This document shows, one piece after another, positions 21,937-35,972 of a DNA stretch of 64,000 nt. The stretch's first letter is position 1, and each line of letters starts with the position of its first letter. The stretch lies in the NCBI GenBank assembly GCA_044892525.1, contig CM097887.1, positions 20,584,001 through 20,648,000 of the forward strand. Direction: 5' to 3'. The translations under genes were made by a program, and so were the position numbers. Below the pieces are notes generated by a model. That model made no database searches, had not been told where the DNA came from, and saw only the letters and a list, made by a program, of their open reading frames with translations. This stretch comes from Schmidtea polychroa. Taxonomy: Eukaryota.

Positions 21937-24573
21937 TCATTTGGCAGAATCGACTTCACCGAAATTGGAATGACCAGTTGCATTGGCGTGCTGAACGAGC
22001 GCTGATTGACCAGTTAATACAATATGACAATCGTGACACATTATTCGGAATCTGTGCATATCTGTAAATTGCTTGCTAGATTTGAGTTCAGCGGCCAGTT
22101 GCCTGGCTTGAGCCATTACCTGGAATATCGATTGGTCAGCTCGTTGACGGAATCCCGGATCAATTCAATGCAGCCGCGAGTAACAGTAATAATAATAACA
22201 ACAACAACATCAACATCAATCCTACTGAATTTGTAATAGTTTGCGAAAGGAAATTTTATAAGTCTATCAGATGAGCAGCAAGCACTGCATGAATGAGATT
22301 GCAGATAAACCCTATGGGTAATTGCAGATTTATCGAAAGGTACGCGGAAGGTTATAAAATCACCAAAAGATGTAAAAACAAACGGAAAGATGGATAAAAA
22401 TAGCTAAGAGAATTTTCTGTCCTGAATAAAGCAGAAAGGATGGGAGGAACAGGAGACCCGACCTCCTCCCGTTTACCATGGAAACAGATCTCGGCAATAA
22501 AATTGTGCCAAACTACTCGATAACTTCCTGATATATAGTTTAGAAACGTCAAAGGTGAAGGAAATATGAAAACCACCAATAAAATTTGAGAATCTCTGCA
22601 AAAGAATTTGATTGGTCAATTTTTAAAAATGTTGCAAAATAGCGCTCTTACTTAATTTTACATTACAAACCTTTTACAATGGGTATTATCTGTATGGCGG
22701 AGAGCTTCCTGGCATTATAAGCGCAACATTTTCAATGAAAAGTGGAATATCGATAATTACCCATTCATGGAACAGAAACCAAAAGACAAAACCAATTACA
22801 AATATAATCACAATTTCATTTATAATCACGAACAACGCAGTCAATATACATTCAGAATGGGGACAAAGCACCCAATAATCATGATTAGGGACACCGAGGG
22901 GCCGCTGGGAATTACCCATCTAGCTAACGGCAACATTGGCATGCGATATATCAATTGAAAGCGCTTCAACGGTAGGATTGATTATAATTTATTAGACGTC
23001 CTCATTTTGCAATGATAATAAATTACGGCATGATGATTACACGGATTGGCTAGCAATAGGGAACGGTAACCCCCTTCCCTTCCACCCTTCCAAATTATGC
23101 TCCAACCTAATAAATACTCATGAAATTGTAAACGTAATTAATACCGACTGGGAACTTCATTATCGGGTTATATAGATAAATTCATCACCATGGCAACCAC
23201 CCATTTAAGTTACTAATGAAACGACAATTTATTCTAACATAAATTTAAAATTTTTTATTTACTAATCAATAAATAATCCTTTTCTCTGACAAAATTCCTT
23301 AAACAAAATATTTTGTTCCCCTTCCGCTCCCTCCCCACCCTTCACCGATTTAATTTATTGATTTACTCTTTAATAGAAACCCCCCGACTAATTATCATTA
23401 TAAATATTCAATTGTTAAATTCAACTCAAAAAAATTAATAATTCATAAGAAAAATCGTATAAATAACCGAATTGAAAGCTGCCAATAATGCAATATTAAA
23501 ATCAACCAATAAAAATTCGATATATAAATATCCACCAATCACAATCAAATAGGCATTATTAGCAAATCAAAATCAATTATAGTATAAAAATAGCATTTAA
23601 TCTTACATCATCGTTTGATATGGAGAATTTCGAGGTCAATTTCCCGGAATTTATATCCTCGCTTGCCAAAGCATCGTAATGAATGCCGTCGTAGAGAATT
23701 AGAATTTTCTCCAAAAAATTCTTGTCTTCACCAAATCGATCGATTCGATCAAAATTTATGTTGACAACGTCGATCTCGATTTTGTTTAAACAACTTAACA
23801 AATGCAATTCGATTGATCCACCCCATTTCGAATTCTATAACTGTTTATTCTCGATTCTTTAATTTCCATAGATCGACTTACATCCATTATCCATTCGCAA
23901 TACGTTTCTGGTGTTTTCCCTTCAAGAAACGCCTTGTCGAATTGCTCTGGTTGGCTTAGTAGCATTGCTGCAATTGTCTGGCGTTCATTGTCGGATTCGA
24001 ATCCACGCAGGCTTGCATTGTTTAGACAGTAATATACACTGGCAAAAAGACAGGAATTATCAGCGGGAATTGTTTGCTTGGTTAATATAGATGCCGAAAT
24101 TTTTTGCTGAGCGTCTATTAAATTATCTACAGATTTCTTTTCTATTTCCACGTTGTTTTCAATCACAGGCTCAAATTTATTATCATTTGAAATTTTGACA
24201 AAATTTTCTTCATTGTCATTTTCTAATTTTATTTTTTTCACTCCTACATTTTCTTGAATCTTTTTCAAAATTATACAATCTCCGGTTTTTATTTTAGCCT
24301 GAATTATATTGATAAAATGTAAAAAATGAAAATTTAATTATTCATTAAACATTTAATTTGAAATTAGTAAATAATTACTTCTAATAATGTCAAATCTAAA
24401 TTCATTAGTATCGGCTTTGGTGGAAATCCAGTTAATAGGTCAATATCATTACTGCCAATATTTGTAACTTTTCGTATTTCATCAACTAAATCTTGAATAG
24501 TGCTATTGGAAGAAAGACTGACTAGAGTACACGACGAATCCGATTTGATTTTTAATTTAACTGAAGAGGTCAT
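21937..24573 (-). CDS. YOD1: OTU1/YOD1 deubiquitinase, 4 exons (24573-24379, 24298-23882, 23834-23607, 22119-21937), about 340 aa
   Basis: UBX-like N-terminus (LLTGFPPK), catalytic IPADNSCLF, WGGSIEL and YDGIHYDAL, and a C-terminal C2H2 finger (KQFTDMHRFRIMCHDCHIVLTGQSALVQHANATGHSNFGEV). All three GT-AG introns are phase 0 (80, 47 and 1487 bp). Confidence 0.93.
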
Positions 24574-25642
24574 GTAGTATCTTTATTTAGAAGAAAAATT
24601 AGTAACAAAAAATAGATAGAGATAAAGGCTAGAAATAATTTAAATAAATAAATCAGAACAATAATGTAATATTACTAAATCAATTTTAAATACAAATAAG
24701 AAAATAACAGATTAATAATTCCTTTAATGTTAGTTAATAATTCAAAAAAAGATTATTTAAACAATCAATTTAAAATAAATAGTTTTATGTACGTTTAAGT
24801 TCGTGTCATTAATCTCATTATTCTTCAATATAAGAATAGATTGAATTGACGAAAAAGTTAATATTCGTATTAATAAAAATTAATTAATTATGTTTTCATC
24901 AATGTTCTAGTTCTCATTTATTGATTTGGGGTTTGTGTCATTACTATAACTGTTGTTGTCTAAATGCTTGACTATAACCGGAAAATTGAGAGTTTATCTG
25001 AATGCGTCGGATAATTAAAGTATGAAAACCGCACTAAGTAGAATCAATATCTATGATCAAACATCAAATAATACAAAGTCAAAATCAAATAAAACACAAC
25101 ATATTGATGATAAATAAACACGCATGATTAAAATGATAAACGCAAGATACAATCACCAACATAGTTAAGAGTAAAATAACTGATGCAAAATAATTGTGAG
25201 ATTAAAAAAATGAATGATAAATAAAAAAATATTTTGTAAGATCAAAAAAATTAGGAATAATTATTGGCCGTATTCACATAATGTTGATATATTATATTTG
25301 ATTAAGGATTAAGTTCGATAATCTAACTCCATGTGCTCTTGATCAAAGAAATGACTCAACATATTCTTGATATTGATATTTTATTGATATTACACTTTAC
25401 AATCTTTCATATTTCGTAAATACAATTAAAACAAATAATCTGATATTACAGAATGAAAAATCACAAGTGTGTGTGGGGTGAAAATAAAATAATTCTAGAA
25501 ATTTTTTTAACTTAATTTAAATTAAAACGACCAAAGCAAGTGATACTCGAGTATGTATGCATTGGAAGTTTAGAGTTCTCTAAATTATACACACTCTGAT
25601 TTCACAGAGTGACATATAATGTATGGGTGGGCATGACAATTT

Positions 25643-25646
<4 letters not shown>

Positions 25647-25692
<46 letters not shown>
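25647..25692. repeat. (TA)n microsatellite
   Basis: TA run. Confidence 0.95.
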
Positions 25693-25695
<3 letters not shown>

Positions 25696-25749
25696 TGATG
25701 ACGATTAAGAAGTGTGTTGTTTGAAATGTCCTAAGGTTGCTGATAAATT

Positions 25750-26640
25750 TGTCTTGAACTACCCTAAACGCTTACATGACTAATTATTTTCAATCACCAG
25801 TGTACCATGGTCCATGGCTACGACCATGTTGGTAATGTACATAGTAGCTGAAAACCAACAATCAGGCAAGTTTCATTGCTAGAACTACTTCTTGTTTCAT
25901 TTTCAAAGTCATGACTGCCGATAGAAGGTCTTACGTGTCTTTGTCATATACATAAATTTCTGGAAAGATTGATCTCTTTTGTTCATTTAGATATGGTCTT
26001 CATTTTTTGATGTTCAAAAATTTGAGCAGAGGTCTGCTCTTATTTCCTGTTTGGATAATTTTTCTTGAATCTCTCCCAGCATGGGATTTAGTTTTTTCTA
26101 ATTGTGACTCACTCCGAGACAGGAGTTTTCTTCTTAGACTAATTATAATAACCAGAAGTAGTTTAGATTGAAAACATCGGTTTATAAAGTATACAGCATA
26201 GGGTTATGTATGGAATAGCAAATCAGATAAATGCCCCCACGGCTTTGCTGTCACATACGCACTCTTTTGCTGAAATTTTCCATGATGCTAGTAATGCAAG
26301 ATATATTAGCACATAAACTGGGGGTTAGATGTAATCGAAAAATATACCAATACATTTGATTGGGAGAAATCTGCTTTAAGAAGCAAAACTAACAGCAGTA
26401 ATAGTGTCGAGCAATAATAGAGGTAAACTTTAGTATTTAAAAAGATCCCAGGAGACCTGAAAATTTGTAATTGACGAGATTTGGAAGATGAATAGTTTTA
26501 CTTGAAAAATATCTGCTTCCCCGAACTTGGACAAAAATAAAGTCTATATGTCTTATTTGGAGCCGATCACCACCATTTACACCGATCAATCCTTGAAGTG
26601 GCTGAAAACATTTATGATCCAATAGCAAGAATCACACATT
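25750..26640 (-). mobile_element. Possible highly degraded LINE endonuclease remnant
   Basis: Minus-strand peptide RHIDFIF resembles the APE-endonuclease xIDYIF motif. Many stop codons, so support is weak. Confidence 0.3.
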
Positions 26641-26726
26641 TAGACTAGAAGTGAATGAGTAGGTAGCCCCCTGCCACAATTAAAAAAAATGGTGGCAACT
26701 CGTTTTTTTTGCTTTTTTGATTACGC

Positions 26727-28076
26727 AATTGTGGCAGTGGGCTTCAATGTTTTTTTTCAATACATTTAGATAGGCCCTATAGAAAAAAGGCCATTTGTGG
26801 CAGTGGGCTCTAATGTTTTTTGTCAATACATTTAGATGAGCTCTATAGAAAAAAGGCCAAGATTTCTCTGATTATAGTGAGGGGTCTCCTTGATACAAAA
26901 TCCGATTATCACTAAAAAGCATGGTAATTTAAGGTCTCAGGATATTTTCAATAGAAAAAGGCGGTCTTCAATAAAGAAGCGTGGTAATTTAAGGTTTCAA
27001 AATATTTTCAATACAAAAAGCCAAGGATTATTCAGATTATTGTAAGGGGGTCTCCTTGGTCCTGGGATTTTCAATACAAAATCCGTCTATCACTGAAAAA
27101 GCCATTGTAATTAAAGGTCTCAGGATATTTTCAATACAAAAAGCCAAGGATTATTCAGACTATAGTGAGGGGTCTCCTTGGTCCCAGGATTTTCAATTCA
27201 AAAAAGAGTTTATTCTAAAAAAGCGTGGTAAATTTTTCAATTAAAGTAAATTATGGGTCTAAAAATTCAATTACAGTAAATTATGGACTCAGATCTTTGA
27301 ATTATAGTAATGATGGGTCTAATTTTTTAGAACCTTAATTTACTTATTTGAACCCACTGATTACTTTAATTTAAAAATTTAGATCTTAATTAACTTATTT
27401 GAACCTTAATTTACTTTAATTTAATTTTTAGACCCATCATTTACTATAATTCAAAAATCTGAGCCCTTAATTAACTTTAATTTAATTTTTAGACCCATAA
27501 TTTACTTTAATTGAAAAATTTACCAACCTTTATAGAGTAACCCTTTTTTGAATTGAAAATCCCAGGACCAAGGAGACCCCCTTACTATAGTCTGAATAAT
27601 CCTTAGCTTTTTGTATTAAAAATATCCTGAGACCTTAAATTAATATAGCGTTTTTATTGATAATTGAAATTTGTATTGAAAATATAATAATACTGACTTA
27701 CCCTTGGCTTTTTGAATTGAAAATATCCTGAGACCTTAAATTACCACTCTTTTTTATTGAAGACCACCTTTTTCTATTGAAAATCCCAGGACCAATGAGA
27801 CCCACCCAAATAATACTGACTTATCCTTGGATTTTTGTATTGAAAATATCCTGAGACCTTAAATTACCATACTTTTTAGTAATAATCGGATTTTGTATTG
27901 AAATACCAGGACCAAGGAGACCCCCTCACTATAGTCAGAGAAATCTTGGCCTTTTTTCTATAGAGCCCATCTAAATGTATTGAAAAAAACATTGGAGCCC
28001 ACTGCCACAATGGACTTTTTTTTATAGGCCCCTTTTTTTGTATTGAAAAAAAACATTGGAGCCTACTGCCACAATT
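26727..28076. mobile_element. Foldback-like element: about 1.35 kb imperfect palindrome with modular arms of about 600-650 bp
   Basis: The left arm (AATTGTGGCAGTGGGC... to about 27325) is the reverse complement of the right arm (about 27428 to ...GCCTACTGCCACAATT). Both arms are built from internally repeated modules. No TSD identified. Confidence 0.8.
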
Positions 28077-28738
28077 CACAGTTTGCTTTTGATGGAAGGA
28101 AACAAATATTAACTCCACAATAATGTTAAAATGGCTTGAAATGTTTAGTAAAACGATTTAGAAAAGACAGTCAATTAAAATAAAGAGCTACAGATAGAAA
28201 AAAAATACAAGGATTATTGATAATATTCAAGCATAAAGTATTAACCATAATATTTGCATCAAAAATTGAAAAAGAAACATAAAAATTACAACCAAATTCC
28301 TTGTGTTGTCGAAATTTTTAAGGTAGCAATAAAAACATTGAATTAATTTTATTATTTTCATATCAAAAAATTATATTTAAAAGGGATCGACAATGAAATA
28401 AAGAGTAATTAATCTACATAATTTATAATAACCTGTTGTCATAGTTTCCAAGGTTAAATTGAATTAGAATTATTTAGAAATTTAAAACAATTGTTTATTT
28501 TTATCCATTTTTCTTTTCAGTTTCTTTTGATTTAAAATTTTTCTTATATTATTGATAAAATTTCAAATTATTATTTTATTACTTTAAACTTTTACTTTTT
28601 TAAACTGTAACCAACAATTCAATTTAAAATGAAATTTCTATTAATTTTCTGCTAATTTTTATGAGTAAAAGTTTGTGTTTGTAAGTAGTTAGCCGTTATG
28701 AGACAGTAAGCAATTAGTTAATTTCTAATTGCTTTCAA

Positions 28739-31700
28739 CAAAGGTTACACTCGTCAAAGCTGTTGTTGTAGAAACTATAAAATTAAAACTTCTATTATTG
28801 GTGTAATCACTGAGCCATCTGAAGCTGAACAATGGACTAACATTTTTAGAGTAATGGAATTGAGAGGAAAAAATTGTCTATTTTATCCAGTTTCAATCAA
28901 ATCAATTAATTTGGACTCGAAATCAACGGATAAAAAGTCCGCCGGTTTCAATAGTCCAGTTTGTTCCAGGCTGATTTCGCCGAGAAAGCAACAAACATTT
29001 GTCAAAGTAAGTTTTGGAGTTATAAATTTTATATATAAATTTTTAATCTATAATATTTTTTAAATTTAAAACTAATCAATAGCAATTTATAAAATAATGT
29101 TAAATTTTTTAAATTTAAATTCCTGACCGAAAAATTTAATAATAATAATTTATCTTTTAAATTTTAAAATATTTTATATTATATTTGAATCTCGAGAATT
29201 TGAAATCCATAAATTTTTAATTGGAATTAATTTTAATTTTGTCAAAATAGCATTATAAAATCACAAATGTTACAATTGTGGCGATAATTAGTTAAATACT
29301 TAATTTTTAGTTCACATTCGGCCTGTTTTTGTTTTTCTGGCATTTCAATTATTTCCATATGATCATTGATCAAAATTTTATTTCACTATTTAACACAAAT
29401 TTTGATCTATAGTCATAATAAAAATAAATGAAATAGTAAAATAAGACATTAAATAAGTACCCAAAACTCATGACTATGATTCATTGATTTCTTAATTTTT
29501 TATAATAGCAGTCTATTTAAACTTTCTTATCAAAACAAAAATGTTTTTTGGATTTAAGGAAAAATATATGAAACCTTTTTAGAAAATTTCTTTTTATTAA
29601 AAATACCCAGTCCTTCAATAAGATTCACTAAAACCATTAAAGTATTAATTTAAAGTATTACAAACTCAAGAGGATTGAAATTACAATTCAACAACCACGC
29701 CCCGCTCTTCTTTAGGAGGCATTGGCATTTTCCCAAGGGTGCCAAAAGTTAAGTGCACTCGTTTTACGCTCAATATTCGAAAAAAAAGTTTTTATAATGA
29801 AAAGAATATTTTTTTTCAATTCCTATGTTCGAATAATGACACTTATACTATATTCTTTTCATTGGTTATGACGGAGATGCCGGTTATTTTTATTTTGAAT
29901 CGAAAATACAACAGTTTGTACATGGCGCCTAAATCTCTTAGATATGCAAATCAAATTCACTGGTATTTTTATATATGTGAATATAAACAATAAATAAAAG
30001 GCGCTTCATTACATCTATGCCAAGGGTGTTAAGCGACTTCGAGCCAGCACTGATAACAACCCTATGCTTTATGTTTCAAAAGTTACCTATATAAAATTTA
30101 ACAAATTTCTTTTGCAAATAAATTTCAAATCTTTTTTCTTCGATGGACCTATCACCTAGAAATTTCCACTTTTACAAACATTTAATTGCTTCTTGCTTGA
30201 ATAATGAGCCGTTTTTAGATTTCAATTTATGTTAAATAGAAAACATTGATATATAGTCAAAGACTAAATGGAAACATAAAAATAAAAAAACTCAAATATG
30301 GAAAAGCGAAAGATAAATTTTTATTAATAAAGACTGATGTTTTCATTGTGATGTTTGTGTGGTATTGACGAGAGGGGGAACATGAATTTTGAGCTTGATA
30401 AATATTTAAACTTTATAGCTAAAACATTGTAACTTGTATTTATCGTTTAACATTTTGTTATTTTTAATTAAACCAGTAAATGTGAGTGCTTCATTCTTTA
30501 TTGTTATAAAAAATTCAAAAAAACATTTTGGAAATTGGTATACAATGACTTTTCCTGACCTCCATTAACATAATATGCTGTGAAACACTGGTTTCAAAAT
30601 CCCGTTTGCAATTAAATAAATAAACGAACATCGATTATATATTTATATTAGATCAATAAAACTCTTAAAGGTAACCACTTATTCTATTGATTTATTGTGA
30701 TTGGAATAAAACAATCTTTTAGTTTCAATCAATAATGAAAAAGAATATCAAAAAGGTTTACTTTTATTTTATTCATTTCAAGTTATATATTTTTACAAGT
30801 AATTTAATAAAAATGTAAAACGTTTTTACAATTTAGTAATTTCTGATAAAATAAAAAGTAATAAACCATGATCAGGTAACACGAAAGAGTGATTTTGTTG
30901 AAGTGCTTTTTCTCAAACACTAAAATGCTTAGATTAATTAATAAATGGTTTTGACTGTTAGGTAAGTATACCATTTCCAAATTCAGCAGAAAAATACCTA
31001 CACTGCCCGATGTATACACAATTTTCATAGCATCATACAATCAGACTCCCGGGAACAATGGATATATCCGCACTCATCAAAATAACAAATGAAGACGCAG
31101 GGCATTTTCCCATTAAAACTACAAAAAGTCATGTGAATGTGACTTACAAATTCATTTTGTAAATGGTGTAATATATAATATTATTTAAAAATTGATGTAT
31201 AATAGTCAGCTAGGTTTTATGATTTCTTTGAATATGAACAAGACAACACTTGAACACCTTTCTTTTCAACTAAATTTTTCATTCAGGAAAAGCAGTATTG
31301 TTTTTAATCCTATTCATTCTTTTATAAAGCTGAACTTGTTGATATCTTTTATACTTTTTAAATGTCTTCAATACATGAAAATTTGAAAATAATAGTTGGA
31401 AAAAATCAATGGAACGATTACACATAAGTACATTCAGGCGCGGTTCCAGTCATTTGGCGTCTTTAGGCGGAGCTACATGTTGGTTACTCTACTCATATAT
31501 GATATATCAATGTCACCATGTCAATGACTTGGACGAAAACTTATTTTAGTTTGTGATTCTAATCGTTCTTCTTGTGTATTTTTCCATTTTCGTTTTTCAG
31601 AACTAGAATCTTTTTTAGTTTCTTTTAACGCTGACATGGATAAATCAAATTTTAATTTTAATTATTCATTAAAAATAAAGAAATTTGAAAATGAACTAAA

Positions 31701-32666
31701 TTAAAATGAACACAATGTTAATATATACTTTCGTAAAACGAATGATTTAAATTTATACATCGAATAAGCTGAAAAATAATTAAAAGTATTTATAAAACGA
31801 CGTTGTTACATTATTTTTTTTTAATTTCAAAAAATATTTTTTAGATGCTTATTTAAATTATTTTGCAATTTTGGCGGTCCCAGACCGCTGCCTAGTTTGT
31901 CTAACGGAAGAACCGGGCATGAGTGCACTAGACCCACTCATAGAGCTCCAAAAACGAATGAAAATAAAAAAAATTAATTATAAAAAGTAACACTTTTGAA
32001 TTTTGACACTGACTATATTTTATATTTTCAAAAATTTTCAATAATATATTATTGTAATAGTTTTTGTTCATTTGGGCTAATAATTCCTTTTTATGAAAAA
32101 CAGTGTTGAAATTTTTGCGCAAAGGGATCCGTTTTCTGTAAACGCATCATTGAAGAGAAGAAATTTACCAGTCGTGTGTCTAGGCCCACGTATGCCAAGC
32201 ATAAAACTGGTCCTGGTGATAGTTAAAGAGGGTAAAACAAATCTTATCAAAATTTTATGTAAACATAATAATTTCGAATGACATCAAAAGAGATTACAAA
32301 CGCTTACTAAGATTTTAATTTTAGCACAATTTGACATACAAGGACGAACTGCATCCTGCCAAAACTATGTTACCCTCACGAGGATTAATTAAACTGACGG
32401 CATTACCAGAAGAATTGAAAGATCCATTACATGTATTTCCAGCAACTCAATACCTCAATGTAAATCACTATGAACAATCAAATAGATATCCCCCAATCAA
32501 CTATAGAAAATCAGTAAACCCCTCGTCATACTCATACCCTTCAAGCATTTGGAAACAAACAGGAATTTGGGTACCAACTACATCATATTCAGCTAAACGT
32601 GAGATGACCGCCTCTGATTTACTGAATGGTACAAATAAATTGCTCAGGAACAAGGACTTTATAGAT
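28739..32666 (+). CDS. Possible exons of an uncharacterised gene (about 28740-29007 and 32326-32666)
   Basis: An open frame ends ...QQTFVK|GTAAGT, and a downstream exon TTTTAG|HNLTYKDELHPAK...NKDFID|GTAATA joins it in phase 0. No homology recognised; start and stop not found. Confidence 0.4.
31435..31921. mobile_element. Old hAT-type MITE
   Basis: Imperfect TIR CAGGCGCGGTTC / GAACCGGGCATG; degenerate 8 bp TSD AGTACATT / AGTGCACT. Confidence 0.55.
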
Positions 32667-35600
32667 GTAATATTATTTTTATTTTCAATAATAAAATTCA
32701 TATTTCAAGGACAAAAGTTTTGTAGAATTCATGTTTTCTATTTAAAATAATGAAGAGGGGAATTACAAATCAGTAAAATTACAAATCCAACTTCCCATGC
32801 TCAATATTAGAATAATAAAACCCAATAGTTATTTTCAAACCTGTTTGCGTATCAAATAGTTTGAAAAATGTTTTCACAACATCTAGACCCTGTTAAAAAA
32901 TCCTAGGTATACAGACATCTCCCACAATGTCAATCAAAAAAGAACAGAAAAAAATATTTTAATTAAACTCTTAGCCAGTGACAACATCCAAACATATCTC
33001 CGTTTTAAAGAGGCAATTCTCATCATAGACAAAATCCAAATATCAACAATAAGGAAATAAAATCAGTGAAATCATAAATCTGATTTGTTGTTGCTGACTT
33101 TGAGGATTGTTTTAAAGTAATTTTTAATTTTTAAATCTTAAAATTGTTGGTGTTTGGGTTAAAGGTAAGCAGACTAGTTGAAGGGTTTTGGCTGTTGGAA
33201 CAAACGCCTATGACTTGAAAACTTTCGACCAGTGTTCCATTGACAACCGCCCTCTTGATACTGTACACTGTCGTTGAAAAATAGGAGGCAGGTGAGCTGC
33301 TGCTTTATAACTACCCTCCCCTTTAGATTTTTAGCTGGTTCTCAAAGACCGTTAGGTCTTACGTCCATTTGGCGTTGTAAAGTAAACTCGGTTGGTATTT
33401 GACGGTGTCTTCATATGTTAATTTAAAGTTATTTACGACCAAGAGAAAAGGTAAAGTATATCCTTAGGTATCAGGTAAATAAGAAGTGAAGTATTTATAA
33501 ATTGAATGTAATGTCATGGCGTTGGGTTGTATTATCAATTTTCTTTATATTCAGGTTGTGATTGAGGTTATTATTACTACTGTCTTTACCATATGTCAAA
33601 TTGATTGCAAATTTTACTGTTGTGTGTCATTTTCCGGCAATTTATTCTTTGTTTTAATGTTTTTATAACGTGTTCCGTATGCTTTTCTTTAATTTTATCA
33701 CTTTTGTTTTACTTATTTTTACCTTTGTTGGGTTTTTATTTTTGTTTTATTAAATGTTTCATAAAAATTTAAGTATTCTTTGGGCGTTTTTCGTGTTATG
33801 TGGATCGTATCAGTTGAGGATTTACTTAGTTAATTAAAACAACAACAAAAATTGAAAAAGGTATACCGGATCTTAGTCCAAAAAATATAAATAATGAGAT
33901 CAAATTTAAGCGAGTAAACATTTAAGAACCTTCAAGAAAAAAAATAAAAATATAATTAAATTTAACATTTTTAAATTGGATATGGAACCGAACCTTTTTA
34001 TAATATAACCAGATCACAGGATCTAACCATCCAGGCGCCAGGCTGCATTGAATATGATAACTATTGCATTGCTTTTATCAATTCTATGTAAATACTTTTG
34101 ATATTTTACAAGCTAAGCCTTTGAGGAACTCAGATCATTCCCAATGGGATTGAATAGGTGTAGACAAATGAGAATAAGATAAAGAATAGGTAAAGAAAAG
34201 GTAATAGAAAATAAACTAATGCGGCTATGCATTAAGGGATGCCATAATATATATAATCGTATATGGTAGTACTTAGACTCATTGGGTAAAACCCTCAAAT
34301 GTTACGCCAAACCACTGAAAATCCGTAACCCGCTGACGTATATCAAAGAATGCAAAGAATACAATGGATATATACGACCTTGAAATAGTATAGAAACACG
34401 TCAAATTCTCTATGACAATTCACATAAAGATATGAACAAATATGTCAACAGAAATATTTTCACTAATTTAATTAAAATTCAAAAGAATTTAGAAGAGATA
34501 TTTGATAAAATAGAAATGACAATTAAATCAGGTATCATAAATAAATAATTTTTTCATTTCAATTTTTCACAGAGGCTGGCATTATATAGATTTTTTAGAA
34601 TTAATCAATCAAATCCCATTGTTTCTGCTGCACTGGCAGCACTGGCAGCACTGCATTGATTGTCTATTACTGTCTAATAATTTCTANNNNNNNNNNNNNN
34701 NNNNNNNNNNNNNNNNNNNNNNNNNNNNNNNNNNNNNNNNNNNNNNNNNNNNNNNNNNNNNNNNNNNNNNNNNNNNNNNNNNNNNNNNNNNNNNNNNNNN
34801 NNNNNNNNNNNNNNNNNNNNNNNNNNNNNNNNNNNNNNNNNNNNNNNNNNNNNNNNNNCCATAGTCGGCAAAATTTTTGCCATTTCAGTGGAAAATGAGA
34901 GAAATTTTTATCAATGGTTATACATTGAAGGTAGTTGAATCAAAATTTGTCAAAAAAATTTACGAAGCTGGCGGGAAAGTGCGGCCAACATACAGTTACG
35001 TAATAAAAAACATANNNNNNNNNNNNNNNNNNNNNNNNNNNNNNNNNNNNNNNNNNNNNNNNNNNNNNNNNNNNNNNNNNNNNNNNNNNNNNNNNNNNNN
35101 NNNNNNNNNNNNNNNNNNNNNNNNNNNNNNNNNNNNNNNNNNNNNNNNNNNNNNNNNNNNNNNNNNNNNNNNNNNNNNNNNNNNNNNNNNNNNNNNNNNN
35201 NNNNNNNNNNNNNNNNNNNNNNNNGGGTGACCACAGTCGGCATGTCATGGCCATGAAACCTATATACGACCTGGAACGTGAAATAACCAGATCAGCCATA
35301 GTAGAAATTAGAAGTGGATTTCAGCGGAGTAATTCTCATTTTTAAAGAAAAATTCCAACATTTGATTTGGTTTTTGAAACATTTTTTATTTAAAAAATTC
35401 GCTTTATTTTATTTTAATAAAATATTTTAAGCGGCCTCAGTAAATGATTTTAATTTAAGAATTTAGCAATTATTTGTCAAATAGGAAAACAGCAGAAATA
35501 AGATTTCATCAAAAGACAATTTCAAGCAAAAAATTACAACGCAGAATTTCGACAAAATATTGGAAGAAAAAATCCAGTAAATAAAAAATTGAAATAAAAA

Positions 35601-35743
35601 TCTTGATAACATGATGTAATATTTCTTTGGAATAGGGATGATTCGGTAAATAATGTATAAAACAATTAAATGATAATTTAAGCCTTTGCTGCGCATAATA
35701 TATTTAATACAATATTCAGAGGAAATTGACAAGCATTATAATA

Positions 35744-35972
35744 CACTCATACCTCGCTATACGGCTGTTCTTTATACGGCTTTTCCCTATAACGGCCTAC
35801 TTTAATTACGGCACTTTTTCGATTTACGGCCTAAAATGTTTCGTTATACGGCCAAAAAAAGTGTGAAATTTATATGGAATTGTATCAAAACGTATTTGAT
35901 TCGTTATGCGGCGTTTCGCTTTGCGGCCAACTTTCCTGGAACGTATCTAGGCCGTAAAGCGAGGTATGAGTG
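35744..35972. mobile_element. pogo/Tigger-like (Tc1-mariner) MITE, 229 bp
   Basis: TIR CACTCATACCTCGCT(a/t)TACGGC at both ends, flanked by TA. Confidence 0.88.

Noticed and set aside
13067-24573. Functional pairing of the retroelement Ubl with the neighbouring YOD1 deubiquitinase
   Set aside because: The element is a recent insertion and YOD1 is an ordinary host gene. Proximity alone is not evidence.
34619-35299. ORFs spanning N runs (also near 46-51 kb and 61-62 kb)
   Set aside because: They are artefacts of translating assembly gaps.
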